Source: Tubiluchus corallicola (lineage: Eukaryota; Animalia; Priapulida). From it: a DNA stretch of 64,000 bases. The position numbers and the translations under genes were made by a program. The stretch covers positions 44,960 to 108,959 of the forward strand of contig JAQGDQ010000709.1 of the NCBI GenBank assembly GCA_030141605.1. The letters run 5' to 3'. How positions within the stretch are numbered: position 1 is the stretch's first letter; each line of letters begins with the position of its first letter. The notes beneath the pieces are model-generated. The model was not told where the DNA came from and made no database searches. It saw only the letters and a program-made list of their open reading frames with translations. Shown piece after piece: positions 13,126 to 26,782 of this stretch.

Positions 13126-14654
13126 GTGAACAAAAAAAGAACTGGGAGAAAGGTTAGATCACACAGGAAGGGTAGAAGGATGTGTTAGTGGAAATGGTAG
13201 GAAGAAAATGGCCTGTTGGAAACTGGTACAGAGTTTGTAGGATCTGTGATGTGCTCTGTGATTTAGTGGGCTGGCACTTTTGATTTGCCAAATACTTCAG
13301 TTGTATCCTTGCAAAAGAATTCCCCACCTATTACTGTATGGGCTCAATTGACGTTTTGTTAATCCCTTCTTTGTCGTGCATTTCATTTAGTTGTTCACGA
13401 CTACAGCTAGATTTGTTTCCACTTTACCTCGGTTTGTTTCATTCTTTTCATATGTGCCATGAGCTACTTAAGAGCAAGGAAGCTGAGTATTGAAGTTTGT
13501 TTCTTCATTTTGTGCTCTGTCGATTATCATCCACATTTGAAGATGTCAACCTTGATGCTTCTACTACAAGTTTTTTAATTTCATGCAGTGAAGTTTCAAA
13601 CTTTGAACTTTTTTCTGCAAGTTACTCTTCTACTCTTGTATAGATATATCTTTTCTGCTGACCTTCTCATTTTCACGCCTCTCCTGACACTGTAAGGTTG
13701 TGAAGATTGCAACTAAATAGAGACCTGTGCACTGATTAAGAAACAACAGTTAGAGGCCAGTCAAAGGCTATCTGGGACTGACTGATATTAATTGCAGTCT
13801 TGATCAGTACTATTATCCAATCTTTTTTCCTCCTGATTCCAACAGAAATGATTAGAATTATTGTGTTCACAACCCTATTTTAATGCATGTACTTTTAACT
13901 TCATTGAAACCGGGTTACAAATGCACGGTTTCATTTTGATTATTTTTTCCTGAAATCAGAAGGAAAAAACACTGGATATTGGTACTGATCAATCAAATGT
14001 TCTGATCTGATCTCAGACCTTTTCCCAATGGCAGTCAGTTTCAGATGCCTCCTGGATAAAAATTGACAGATTGATTAAAAAATTTTCCTGTTTTTGTACA
14101 TCCAAGAACGTCCCAAGTAATTACCCTACAACATTCACCCGTATTTGGACAAACATACTTTTGGAGTTGAAAAAGAGTGTGACAGACAGACTGATTGATT
14201 GAAATGTCCCAAAATAATACAAAGTTTTATATATGTATAAATTTATAATAAAGCCTTTGTATAAGATTTGTGTAAAATTTGTTATTTCTACAACTATAGA
14301 CACATCTCCAGAAAAACAAGTGAATTATAAGAGATTTAAAATGCAGTAGAAAAAGTTAATGGTTCTTAGGTCTTATAAACTTGGAGCAGTACAAATAAAA
14401 TACTGAGATGATTAAACAGTATCCAAATTAGGAAGAGAAATATATAGTATAGTTGGTAAGTTTCTAAAATCGCAATTTCAATTGTCAAAGTTGCATGGGG
14501 GCAATTGACAATGCTTGACGATTTGGCAAACTCGAAATGGTCTACTGTATATCTTAAATGCCAGGCATAGGCAAAGAGAGATTGCTAGCTTTGTAATATA
14601 GAACTGTAGTTTAAAAGTGTGTCGCTCAAGGGCTGTATCTGTCAGACAGTCAAA

Positions 14655-15997
14655 TGGAATTTTGTACTAGAACATAGCACCCATTGTTTGCTATACAACA
14701 GGCTATAAAACTTGTATTAGAACATAGTGCCCATTCCTTGCCATATAACAGACCGTAGAACTTGTTACTAGAACATAGTATCCATTGTTTGCCATACAAC
14801 AGACCATGGAACTTGTACTAGAACATAGCGTCCATTTTTTGCCATACAACAGACTGTAGAACTTGTTGCTAGAACATAACGGCCATTTTTTTCCTTACAA
14901 CAGACCATAGAACTTGTTACTAGAACATAGCGTCCATTGTTTGCCATACAACAGACCATAGAACTTGTATTAGAACATAGCGCCCATTCTTTGCCATATA
15001 ACAGATCATAGAACTTGTATTAGAACATAGCACTCATTGTTTCCCATAAAACAGACCATAGAACTTGTATTACAACATGGCACCCATTGTTTGCCATCAA
15101 ACAGACCATAGAACTTGTTACTAGAACATAGCATTCATTGTTTGCCATACAACAGACCATGGAACTTGTACTAGAACATAGCGTCCATTTTTGCCATACA
15201 ACAGGCTATAAAACTTGTGTTAGAACATAGTGCCCATTCCTTGCCATATAACAGACCGTGGAACCTGTTACTAGAACATAGTATCAATTGTTTGCCATAC
15301 AACAGACCATGGAACTTGTACTAGAACATAGCGTTCATTTTTGCCATACAACAGACTGTAGAACTTGTTGCTAGAACATAACGGCCATTGTTTGCCATAC
15401 AACAGACTGTAGAACTTGTTGCTAGAACATAGCGTCCATTGTTTGCCATACAACAGACCATAGAACTTGTATTAGAACATAGCGCCCATTCTTTGCCATA
15501 TAACACATCATAGAACTTGTATTAGAACATAGCACTCATTGTTTCCCATACAACAGACCATAGAACTTGTATTACAACATGGCACCCATTGTTTGCCATA
15601 CAACAGACCATAGAACTTGTTACTAGAACATAGCGTCCTTTGTTTGCCATATAACAGACCATAGAACTTGTATTAGAACATAGCACTCATTGTCTCCCAT
15701 AAAACAGATCATAGAACGTGTTACTAGAACATAGCGCCCATTGTTTGCCATACAACAGACAATAGAACTTGTTACTAGAACATAGCGCTCATTGTTTCCC
15801 ATACAATAGGCCATACAACTTGTATTAGAACATAGCGCCCATTGTTTGCCATACAACAGACAATAGAACTTGTACTAGAACGTAGCGGCCATTGTTTGCC
15901 ATACAGCAGACCACAGAACTTCTATTACAACATGGCATCCATTGTTTGCCATACAACAGACCATAAAAGTTGTATTAGAACATGGCTGCCCATTGTT
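14655..15997. repeat. 50-51-bp minisatellite, ~26 copies, with ~503-bp higher-order duplication
   Basis: Unit TAGAACATAGCGCCCATTGTTTGCCATACAACAGACCATAGAACTTGTAT; variant GGCTATAAAAC at 14701 and 15204. Confidence 0.97.
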
Positions 15998-17214
15998 ACT
16001 GCGCTTTTTGCGTGAGGCTAGTGATCTTTATCTCTGCAGGTGAATGGTTTTTAACTCTATGATTGTACCTGTTACTCTGCATTTGGTCATTTAATGAGCC
16101 TCACGTGGTGTATTCCATGCAATGATTGGTTCATAAAACATAAATTATTTGCTATAACATTCCCGCAAAGCTGCCATTATGCCAAGTTGCTTTTCATTTG
16201 AAGATTCCATTCCATTATAATCTTGAGTAAACTACGCCAAAATGTGCTCAGTGATACTTGGTATGTTGCAAGCAGGTATCTGACACTATCTAGGTCTAGT
16301 CATTGTATTAATTACGATCATGGCTAGACTGGCATCTGTCGCATTTTGACACAGTAGAAACCGGAAGCCACCATTGAGTTGCAGTGCCTATCTAATTCCA
16401 ACGTTTGTGGCAACACCAGTGTCATGCTCGTTATCAAGACATTGCCCTAAAAACATATCTCGAACCACCAATGGAATACAGAGCGAGTAGGTCTATTGAA
16501 TCCTGACAGTTACAAGCTATTCACTTACTAATGTGGCTTCATGTGGCTCAACTTTAGACATAAAACTGACTATTAAACTATTCGACCTACTTCATAAGGA
16601 TAATCTTCAAGGATAAGATATTGAACTGGTAGACATGCCTTAGTCATGTTGGGCCATCCATGCAGCCTCTCGAGAATGGATAAATAATCAGAAACAGTGT
16701 CGCTCAGTAGCGATTTTCGCGGTGGCCACCTATCCAGTTACTTGCAGGTCCACTATAGCTAAACTTCTGTCTAATTTTTTTGGCTGTCACCCATCTATAG
16801 CTACCATCATGACTCACTGTTGCTTAACTTCCCTTACTAAGCACTCGCTGTGACATCTGAGTTATTCTTCAGCCGAAGCTAAACTATTAGCGTGACAAGT
16901 ATTGGCCACCTGCAATGAAATTTACATTCAAAATTGCACAAAGTTGGTAATGACTTCTAATAGGTGCATTCTTTCAGAGCTGTCCGCTTTTACATGAGTT
17001 GAATGATTGCCCGAGTGTCACCTAACCCACGAGACAACCTGCACTATAGGGGATTATCGTATTTTTGAGAAGGATTTTAGTGAGCGAATTATTACCACAG
17101 AAAAGTTATTTCGTGTTCGAGTGGCTAGTTCTTCGTTGTCACGTGCCATTTGGCCATTCGCTAGTTAGATGGGCACTAGCACTTGCGTCTTGGAAATGCG
17201 TTGCACAAAAACAG

Positions 17215-17765
17215 GTGCTGTGCCTCTCAGTAATTTTTATAACTACAGTCTCAGCAAACTTAAAGTAGCTCACAATATTTCAAAACGCAAACTTTTCAAC
17301 TACCCATATGATTATAGTTCCAGGACCATTTCAGTAGACCACGACATTTTATACTTTGATGTAATACATAGGAAAACTGCATACAGTCTATACAGTAGAG
17401 TAAAGCAAAGCTCAAATGTTCTTATAAAGGCATTGTATAACAGTGACGCATTTTACACTTCAGACATAAGAGAGGAAAGTGTTAGGTAGAAATTATGAGT
17501 GACGATTCAGGCTGGACGTATGATATTGTATATTGTATATATATTGTACTATTGTACTATTGTATATATATATATATATTGTATAGTGTATATTGTATAA
17601 TGTATATATATTGTACTATTGTATATATATTGTACTATTATTTTATTTATTTAGGTATTAATTTGCATGTGTTGAGAGGAGGGGTTATAATTATTGTATG
17701 TCTTGTAAGTATTGTATGTTATGTATTCTATGAACCTAGTTCGAAATAAAGAGTTAAATCAAATC
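17215..17765 (+). mobile_element. 5'-truncated non-LTR retrotransposon 3' end (RTE-X-like), decayed
   Basis: KLKVAHNISKRKLFN...FDVIHRKTAYSLYSRVKQSSNVLIKAL resembles the C-terminus of RTE-X-type ORF2; followed by TA-rich 3'UTR and GAAATAAA. Confidence 0.6.
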
Positions 17766-19871
17766 AGTTTAGATGTGTTCTGTTGTGACGTAGTGTGCGA
17801 GTTCGAGAGGTTATGCGTGAGCACAGCAGTAAACTTGAATTTTATACTTCAAATTTGCCGAGTTTTTGCGTATAACACCGAATGTTGTAGAGTACGGCCG
17901 TACCACCATTTTTACTTTCTGAAACACGTGCAACACCCACATGGAAAGTGTGTGATGTCGGAGATGCTGTTCATCTGTAATGTCACCATTAATTGAGTTT
18001 CTAATCTGTTATTGAATTAACAGAAATACTGTAGCTTTAATATTATAGGTGTTAAAATGGTGTAGGATATGAAAAATCACCCTGTTTTCCTTTAAACGTT
18101 GCTCGCATACATCATGTGCTTGGTAGTTGCAAGCTATTCCTATTTGAGTATTCCTATTTGAATTGATGTTTTAAACGTTTTGACTAGGACATTTTTTTGC
18201 AAACTGAAACTTCAGGAGGTTGCTCCCAAATTCTGACATCCCTTTCGATTCTCATGAGCCTGGAAAATTTGTTTAGGATCGTTTGATCAGTTCTTAGTGA
18301 CCGAAACTGCGGTCAAGTTGTGAGAGTGATGGCGTTTGACAACAATGCACAGTGGTGGGTGACCAAGGAGACGTCCATGCGCCATGCAGTTCCGCCCCCT
18401 TGCGGTGGCATCTTGAACTGGTTGTAAGTGACAGGCGCAGCAGGCAATAACTGACAGGTTATTTGTGCAGTAGTGGCATGATATGTCAGCTAGTTGTCAT
18501 GCAGCAATTTGCCTCCTAGTCAGCGGTTGTCAGGAGAGATTTAAGTGCGCTGAAAGGTGCTCACACTGTGCGTCTGTCAAACGGAATCTCGCGAATTCAC
18601 GCGAGAAATGCCGCAGATTCTCGAGAGCTTAGGTGGAACTTCATCTGGACAGCCTGCAACTTGAGTTAGTTTTGAAAACGAGGTCGTTGATTTGTGGAAT
18701 AGTAAATAAACCTAGTTTAAGTTAACATGTGTTTTATCCCCAACTTAAGCATTTCTTTTTTCATACAAACCTCTTCAAACGCGACCAATGACCACTCAGG
18801 ACAGGGGTCTATAATGTCACATAAATGCACGAAAGCAATACTGAATTAAAAATTCTGAAAAAGTTTTGCACCTCCCCTGGCCTCGAACTGCAGGCCTTCT
18901 GTAGAAAAACGAAGTAGTAAACTTACAGTCCAGAACAGGAAATTCATAAGTTTATGTACTAGTGATAGAATGTCTCTGTTGACGTTTTTTGGATGAAGTT
19001 GTAGTTATCAAAGGGCACAATTTTCTGGTAGAGAATTCCACAGATAAGAAGTCCGATGAAAACAGGATTAGTATTTTTTCTTAATTATTACGATTCTGTG
19101 GTTCCCTTTGTGTGAGTAAAATCTTTCTCTCATCCTTTTGTCTTTTTGTCCACAATATTTCGTGCAAGCACATGCACCAGGCAAGAAGCATTTTGCTTTT
19201 TGATAAGTTTTCAAAATAGATTAAGCATTATTACCAATTCCATGTAATTTTTCATTCATTTTTTATTGCAAAATAAGCAAAACACAGTTGCCAGACACGC
19301 ATTTCCCTTCTGTCTGACTCCTATAATCCGAGCACGAGTTACTGTGGTTTTTTTCAACTATATATTGTAATTATTTGAACTCGCATTTTATTTTAAATCC
19401 TGGGCTTTGTGAAATTATCGTCCAAACACCTGAACTGGATAGAATAATATTTACAGTGGTTGTTGCCAGGTGTTTATTTACTCCTAATCTCTGGCCAGAG
19501 AAAACAGTATTTCCACACTAGCTTTTATAATTTGCCCATCGTAAGCCGGGAATTATTACGCGCGGATGAATTCTAGTCGAAAAAGTCGCTAGTTTTTAAA
19601 CAATTGCGTTCTATAGTCGGTTTCTGGCTAATCGAAAGTTAAATATTATTGCTAGCGGCCGATGACTGCGTAGCCGTGAATGGAGCGATTAATATTTTTC
19701 TGTTAAAGTTTGGCTATGCGTTACCGCATGGATGGTGTCTTGGTTTAGCAGTTTAGATGCGAAATTGTGAATAGATCTAGCAGTTTCTGCTTGTCTTTGT
19801 TAGTTCCTTATTCTTAGAAAAGCTACCATTTGCCAGTTTTCACAGATTAGCTGAATTTTGCTCGTTATTAA

Positions 19872-20332
19872 CCCTTTCAGTCCCAAATTGTTTTTTAATA
19901 AGAAAAAATATTTTGGCTTGGTACTTTTGTGTTCAGTATGTCCATCTTGTTTACACATAATAATTATTTTTTTCTACCTGTGTCCGCGTGCTGAATATAG
20001 CCTGTATCCCACGGGATACATTGGGATTCAATGGAAGCATAAAATGTGCTTCATTTTGCAACTGCTGATAATTTTTTAAAGTATTTAAGACATTTAGTGT
20101 GCACGCTATGCTGATCGGTACAAAGTCGTCTCTAAACTACTGTACCTTGCGCAGTTTTTTATGCTATGTAGATTTTCTAGTTTGCCATTTTATCACCATT
20201 TTTAGTCTATTGTTATTGGCTTAAATCAAAATAACTATTAACAGATCGAATAACTGTCAGTTTTAAAATTTTATTAATTTTAAAGGCAGAAAATATTCTC
20301 GTATCCCACGGGATGCAACGGGTATGAAAGGG
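19872..20332 (+). mobile_element. piggyBac-type MITE copy 1 (~460 bp)
   Basis: TTAA|CCCTTTCAGTCCC...GGGTATGAAAGGG|TTAA; internal palindrome GTATCCCACGGGATAC twice; highly similar to copies 2 and 3. Confidence 0.93.
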
Positions 20333-20336
20333 TTAA

Positions 20337-20780
20337 AGCAAAACCGGACCCAATCTTAAACTGTGGGTCAAAACAATCTACTCTTTAAAATACTGAAAGG
20401 AAAAACACTATTTCTTCAAAATTGACTTACGTGACAGAATTGTTACCATACAAACATAATTTCACATTCGCGCCACTTTTTTCGCTGTTACATGAATTTC
20501 GCCTTTCGCTAGTTATATCTGCACTAGCGCCTGCATTTCAGAAACGCATTGTACAAAGACAGGTACTGTACTTCTCAATTCAAACGTGTTAGTTTGTGAC
20601 GAACTGCTCACGTTCGACAGCTCATGCGTGAATTTGTATTTCAATTTCAATTTTTTGAATATTTTCAATTTCAATTTTCAATATTTGTATTTCACTTTTT
20701 ATCTTAAAACTTGCCTAGTTTTAGTACAACACACTAAACATCTTACAGTAGCACTGTACTTCAATTTTCACTTTTGCAAA
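20337..20780 (-). mobile_element. Kolobok-like MITE fragment (same family as 5238-5848), abutting the piggyBac MITE at a shared TTAA
   Basis: Reverse complement of the 5450-5848 sequence (e.g. GCACTAGCGCCTGCATTTCAGAAACGCATTG). Confidence 0.7.
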
Positions 20781-21618
20781 CACGTGGACTATTTTTTCTG
20801 TTGAAATTTATGGTAGTGTGTGCTTGATTTCCAATGTTAAACATTTATTCAACATATTTTTGACTTGTTGACTTTGACTACGTCATCATCATCGTCGTCG
20901 CCATCATCATCATCACCTTCATCATCACCACCAGTATCGTCTTCATTATTGTTATCGTCACTACTACCACTAGCACCACCATCATCATCATCACCATGAT
21001 CTGCCATTGTCGTCGTCCATTGTGCCCCCTCCCCCCATTTTTCATATTTGGTTTTTAATTGTCGCATTTTGGTGCTCAGATTTCCATTAGATTTGTTTTT
21101 AGTCATTTTATCCTTACGTTATTCAGATCAGGGGGGGATAAATTTTAAAAGGCGGTGGCTTCTTCATAATAAAATTGCACTTTATTTGATGGCAGCGAAT
21201 GTGATGATGACGACAGTTCTGTTCTAAAGGTGGAAAATTTAATCATTGCTTTCATGGGATTGAGCTGACTGTCACTGCACTTGGCTACGTGAACATAATA
21301 AAAGACGTGAATAATGGCGTGCTTGATATGTACAGGGTTACCCAGAATGATTCCCTCATCACCAGACTAACTCGGCGTTTATAAAGAGACTTACATATAG
21401 GTTTTGGCGCAGTAACTGTTTGTGGTGTGTTGAACTGTGTTTAAACGCTTTGATTTCTCGATATATACGTACCTCCACATATTTTCATCAAGAACATGCT
21501 TGTTGGTTTTAATAATTTTGGTAATTTTATTTTTATATGTCATTTGTATCATTATTTTTATACATTATTTTTTTGTTAATGAGAAGCCAAGTTGAGTTTC
21601 TCCACCGCCGGCTATATC

Positions 21619-22030
21619 TTCTTCTTCTTCTTCCCAGCTTTTCCCTATGCGGGGTCGCCGTTGTGAATGAGTCTTCTCCACTCATTCTTGTTGTTGACCA
21701 TCTCCTCATTTATGTTCTTCTCTGTAAGGTCTCCATTAATACATTCAAACCATCTCTGCTTGGGTCGTCCTCTTCTTCTATTTCCCAGCACTTCCATTTC
21801 CATGACCTCCCTTCCCAGATGATTTTCACCGCCTCTTTTCAGGTGTCCATACCATCGCAATCTTGCCTCTTGTATCTTTTTCGAGGCTTCCACTACTTTT
21901 ACTGTTCCTCGGATATTATCATTTCTAATTTTATCTCTTCTTGTTATTCCCACCATCCATCTCAACATCCTCATCTCCACCACATCTATTTTCTTCTCTT
22001 CGGCCTTCTTTAGAGGTGCTGCTTCCAGTC
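21619..22030 (-). mobile_element. 5'-truncated RTE-clade LINE (Rex3/Expander-like) with (GAA)n tail and TSD
   Basis: EMRMLRWMVGITRRDKIRN...RLRWYGHLKR...RRRGRPKQRW...WRRLIHNGDP*. (GAA)n tail. 11-bp TSD CCGGCTATATC (21608-21618) / CCGACTATATC (22031-22041). Confidence 0.93.
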
Positions 22031-22431
22031 CCGACTATATCAGCACCCTAAATCATTATAGCAGAATTAGCAAGCGCTTTTTACATGAAATAGACTTGAC
22101 CTGTAAGCTTCACACGATACCCAGGGCCTTAAAATCCAAGTTACCATCGGCCAATGTTATTTTTAACACTGTCATACGCTTTCTTACACGTGCCATAATA
22201 CACTATGGTCTTTATACATCCCTTTTTTCTTCAGTCATTCTGAAACATCAATGCGGGGTGCTTCCCATTCTAGTAATAACTGTTGAAAATCAACTTTTCA
22301 ATGTTTTTGAAAACACTCTGTCACCTAGTCTTGATTATCTTATTGACCCTTGCCAGGTAGCGTAATTCATAAGTTTCATTTGTTTTCACGTAACTTAAGT
22401 GATTTCTTTTCACTGTTTTTTAAGAGAAATT

Positions 22432-22705
22432 CGGGTTCGTCTTAACAGCATTATAGGCCCCCGGGCAAAGCATTGTCCTGGACCCCCTATCTACACAACC
22501 ACTCACGGGAATAAGAATTATGCTGTACAGCAAAGAATAATCAACATAAACATTTGAATAATATAAATGGTAAACCATACAAATAGAGATTATATTATTA
22601 CAGGAATTATTTGGTATTAATCAAATGTTCAACACAAAGATTTGTGAAATTTCTTCGCAGAAAGTTGCATTAAGTCAAATGTCTTCAGCATGTTATTTTT
22701 CCACA
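22432..22705 (-). mobile_element. hAT transposon end remnant
   Basis: GTCTTAACAGCATTATAGGCCCCCGGGCAAAGC..GGACCCCCT GGGCCC-type subterminal motif; minus strand MLKTFDLMQLSAKKFHK resembles the end of a hAT dimerisation domain. Confidence 0.45.
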
Positions 22706-23376
22706 CACATTAGTGAAAGCCAGTTCAAACGCAGCTGCCGCGTTGTGCCACAAACTGATTTTTTTACAGTTACGTCCTAAAGTCTTTATTTTTTTTTCAT
22801 TGAATATGCACCACGTGGCCTCAAACCTCGCAGTGTCCAAAAACACCAAAAACTATGTAGAATGTTCACGCATTAATATAAACCCGTTTAATTTGCAAAA
22901 CTTATACTGGTGGTAGCAAATGTACTTGCTTATATATTTGCGCACGTTCGATAACAGCTTGTCGTGTGTTGCCGCGTTGTGTGCATTTCGAATAATTGTT
23001 TGTGGTGTGTTATTTTGTTGTACGCACATTCAAAGTTTCCCAAGAGTTTAGAGCACAAATTCACCGATTTCATTGATCAAAAATAATTTCGCTACACTGT
23101 TTAATGTACAATTTAACGTGTCATCTGATAAATCAATAATTTTTAGCTCCAATTTAATTTTTAATGGAATTTAGAAATAGAATTCGTACAAACATAATTT
23201 GCTGGGATAGAAAATATCAGTTAATGTTTTTCAGTTGATGCTGTTTATTAAGCGTATGCATTTGAAATCAATCATTATTTTTAATTAGCTATGCGGCATG
23301 TGGTACGTGAACCTCCCAGTGTTGAAAAACAGTACAAGTACCATCGTACATAGACAATTTGAAAAAGTTGCATGTG

Positions 23377-23379
<3 letters not shown>

Positions 23380-23420
<41 letters not shown>

Positions 23421-23830
23421 ATTTTTATTTGACATTAAAATACATTGATAATCACTGATAAAAACTTTACAGAGATGATCAATCAGTGTTAGTTAATAAA
23501 AACTTACACTGCTAAAGGCAAATGCGTCAGTGCAATCTAAACTACTGTGCAGTAATGGAAAGTAACGACGAATAAAATCAAACATATTTACAACTATGCA
23601 CAAAAAATGAAAAAAACTATGATTTAATTAATATGGCCGTGGATATATAAATTCTGAATTAGTGTGTATGTTGTCGTACTGGTGTGATGGCATTTCATAT
23701 CTGGTTAATATTAGTGATTTTAATTTTGTTTTAAATGCTGATAGGGACTTGATTTGTTTAACGTGTAATGGTAGAGAATTCCAGAGTAGAATTGCTTGTT
23801 TGATTACAGAGTTCGTTCCGTAGTATAATA
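23380..23830 (-). mobile_element. L2/CR1-group LINE 3' end remnant with (TA)n tail
   Basis: Minus strand YGTNSVIKQAILLWNSLPLHVKQIKSLSAFKTKLKSLI (WNSLP...FK..LK motif), then 3'UTR, AATAAA and (TA)n. Confidence 0.8.
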
Positions 23831-24119
23831 AAAACCTATATCATAAAAAACCTTCTCATAAAAAACTATGCCAATTATTTAATTTATTATTAAAATCCTA
23901 ATGTCAAGATTATTGTTTATGATGGGACCAGCACACAAATAATGAAATTTTGATATCAAATTTGAAAGACATGAAATGTGAATAAGTTACGATGCAACCT
24001 AGATTTGAACCAGTGACCTTCTGCTTACAGGGCAGATGCCTCAGATCACTTGGCCACTGTGTCTCAGAATGGTCAAGGCAGTCCAAAGTTCACTTCTGAT
24101 AGTTGGCCAATTTTTAATT

Positions 24120-24345
24120 ATATTACGTTATGTTATGTTACATTACAATATATTATATATTAGTTTATGTTATATTACATTATATTATATTGTGTTGTAT
24201 TGTATTGTGTTGTGTTGTGTTGTGTTGTGTTGTGTTGTGTTGTGTTGTGTTGTGTTGTGTTGTGTTATGTTATGTTATGTTATGTTATGTTATGTTATGT
24301 TATGTTATGTTATATTATATTATATTATATTATAATTTATTAGTT
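24120..24345. repeat. Compound pentanucleotide microsatellite (TTATA/TTGTG/TTATG)n
   Basis: Direct reading. Confidence 0.95.
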
Positions 24346-25111
24346 ATATTATGTGCCAATTTGTCTGACAAAAATACTTGCAGTCAGTCATATTTTGATA
24401 GACAGATTGGTATACTTTTTAAAGTTTGTTTTGCACAATATTTTTGGAAAAAATTATAATTTTTATATGCCGAGTTTAAATTTTCTGTGGCCACGGCGTC
24501 CCACAACGGGCGTTTTCCCGGACCCAACTCGCGATTTTTTTTTCGAAATTTTGGCCAAACAGTTTGCGGAAAAAACGTTCTAGCAGCGCCTGGCGGCACT
24601 CTCGGGAGGAGATATACGGCTCTTTAGAAAGAGGAAGAACAGGGCTACACGATGATGTGAACAGCATTTTAGGACGCTTCCTTCCTGAGGAGCAGTGATG
24701 AGTTGATTGGAGGTTCCATTTCTCACGATTTTCGCTTGGGAAACTGCTGACGCAAAGCTATTGTTCTGACGTCATCCATCATACTCTGCCTATAACCTTA
24801 TAATTTTAATTCAGCAAGAGCTGCTGCTGCTGGCTTTGCGTTATAAATGAGGACTGTGTAGGATGTTCGCGTATTACTGATTATAAGTGTATTTATAAGC
24901 AATTTTTTTGCGGGGCCTTTGCTAGTTCATTCATGAATGCTGTTATTCTAAACCTAAACTCATTCTACATGCCAGGTCTTTTTCTTGAAAATTTATTCCA
25001 CTCGGCGACCGGGCCAGGTGGTGGGTGGGAGAGGAGGGTGTGCCCTAGCCCAACACTCCCAGAATTCACCAGCACGTACGCAGCAATCATTGTTTTTCTT
25101 ATCTTTTGCAG

Positions 25112-25241
25112 GTGCTCGGCGTTTCAGGCTTTCAAAGACGAATTCTTCTACACTCCAAAAAGTATTCCATATCAACAAGTGTACCGTTTCTTTCAACCTG
25201 CTCACTTCAAATCCGTCCTTCTGTACATCTACACCGGCAGG
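25112..25241 (+). CDS. BTB/POZ-BACK domain protein, coding exon 2
   Basis: tttgcAG acceptor; phase matches exon 1 (AG+G=Arg). CSAFQAFKDEFFYTPKSIPYQQVYRFFQPAHFKSVLLYIYTGR contains the BTB F..L.YIYTG motif. Donor GTAAGT, phase 0. Confidence 0.9.
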
Positions 25242-25399
25242 GTAAGTGCCGACAGTATGCAGTGTCGTCTTTGTTGTCGTTATCATCATCATCAGCATCA
25301 AACTCATCTTCCTTTTCATTATCGTCTCTGCCGTTTTTGCTGTCATTATTATCGTTAGCATCATTGTCATCTAATTACCAGATAGTGACCAGAGTAACG

Positions 25400-25587
25400 A
25401 CAGTTTGTATTATGGCATTGTTGTCTTAGTTATCATTGCCATTGTTGTCATCATCATCATCATTGTTGTCGTCATCATCATCATCATCATCATCATCATT
25501 GTTGTCGTCTTCGTCATCATTATCATTGTTGTCGACATCATCATCAACATTGTTATCGTCTTCATCATCATCGTCATTGTTGTCATT

Positions 25588-25622
<35 letters not shown>

Positions 25623-26040
25623 TGTTGTCGTCATCATCATTATTGTTGTCGTCTTCGTCATCATTATCATTGTTGTCGTCATCATCATCAACATTGTTAT
25701 CGTCTTCATCATCATCGTCATTGTTGTCATTTTCATCATCATCATCATCATTGTTGTCGTCTTCGTCATCATGATCATTGTTCTCATCTTCGTCGTCTTC
25801 ATCATTGTTATCGTCATCGTTACCATCATCATTGTTGCCGTCTTCGTAATCATCATCATCATCACTGTTGTCTTCATCTTCATCACCATTGTTGTGGTCT
25901 TCTTCATCATCATCGTTGTTGTCGTCTTCGTGATCTTCGTCATTGTTATCATATTCGTCATTCTTGTCGTCTTCATCATCATCATCATCATTGTTGTTGT
26001 CATCGTTATCATCATCATCTGTTTTGTTGTCGTTATGTTT
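25400..26040. repeat. Degenerate (CAT/CGT/TGT)n trinucleotide tract with internal duplications
   Basis: Direct reading; produces spurious I/V-, S- and M/T-rich ORFs. Confidence 0.92.
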
Positions 26041-26463
26041 GCCTGTATGACTGTTACCTCTATCATTACGTTCGTCACCTTATTACATTATTGTAATTAT
26101 TCATTGTCATCGTTGTGACACTGCTATTGCATCAACAACAGTTCACCTGTTACCATGGTGATCAATTTGATTTAAGGTCAAATCACACAGAACAAAACTT
26201 CCTCCAGAGTAAACCATTGATAGACGGATCACTGATAAGAAAATCAATACTGCATCTCTATCATTTTGACAGTCTGCAGTGACATGTTAAATAACAGAAG
26301 ATGTTAAATCGTCATTGTTGTTGTGATCATCATCATTGTTGGGCACCACCGTCATCGTTATAGCACATTTTCTGCCCTTGGGCTTTAACAGGAATAATTA
26401 TGAAGTTTACATTAATTAGTGTAGTTGAGAGACAGACAGAAAAAGCAAGCTAAATGTGAATGC

Positions 26464-26782
26464 TAGGGATTCGACTCGCGGTGTTTTTTTTACTCGAATT
26501 CGATTCGCACCTTAAATTATGGACTCGAATAATGCACCACTTCATTCACAAACGTTCTTTTCCATTAAAACCTGTGAAACAGCGTGTTTTGCTGCGATTT
26601 CTGTGCACATTTTTTAAACAAATTATTGGTGTTTTTACTGCAGAACAAGATCAAGCAATACTCGTGATTTTTGCGAGACAAGCTTTTTATCTATGATTCA
26701 AAATTTATTCGAAAACTTCTAAAACTGAATTCAAATCGATTCAGATTCGAATTCGCTTTGTGATAGAGAATGCTCACCCCTA
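26464..26782 (-). mobile_element. hAT-like MITE, TTCGAA-rich (TAGGG...CCCTA ends)
   Basis: Ends TAGGGATT.../...GCTCACCCCTA; imperfect 8-bp TSD GTGAATGC / GTGAATAG; homologous to 30537-31700. Confidence 0.75.

Noticed and set aside
14655-15997. CRISPR array (also 52535-53720)
   Set aside because: Contiguous tandem units without unique spacers, no cas genes, eukaryotic context
16140-16700. DIRS/RNase H-like relic (minus-strand TDAS and WW words)
   Set aside because: Only isolated short motifs in different frames; not supportable without a search
25405-26118. Hydrophobic I/V-rich membrane protein ORF
   Set aside because: Trinucleotide low-complexity tract inside an intron; same for 7049-7426 and 48186-48392
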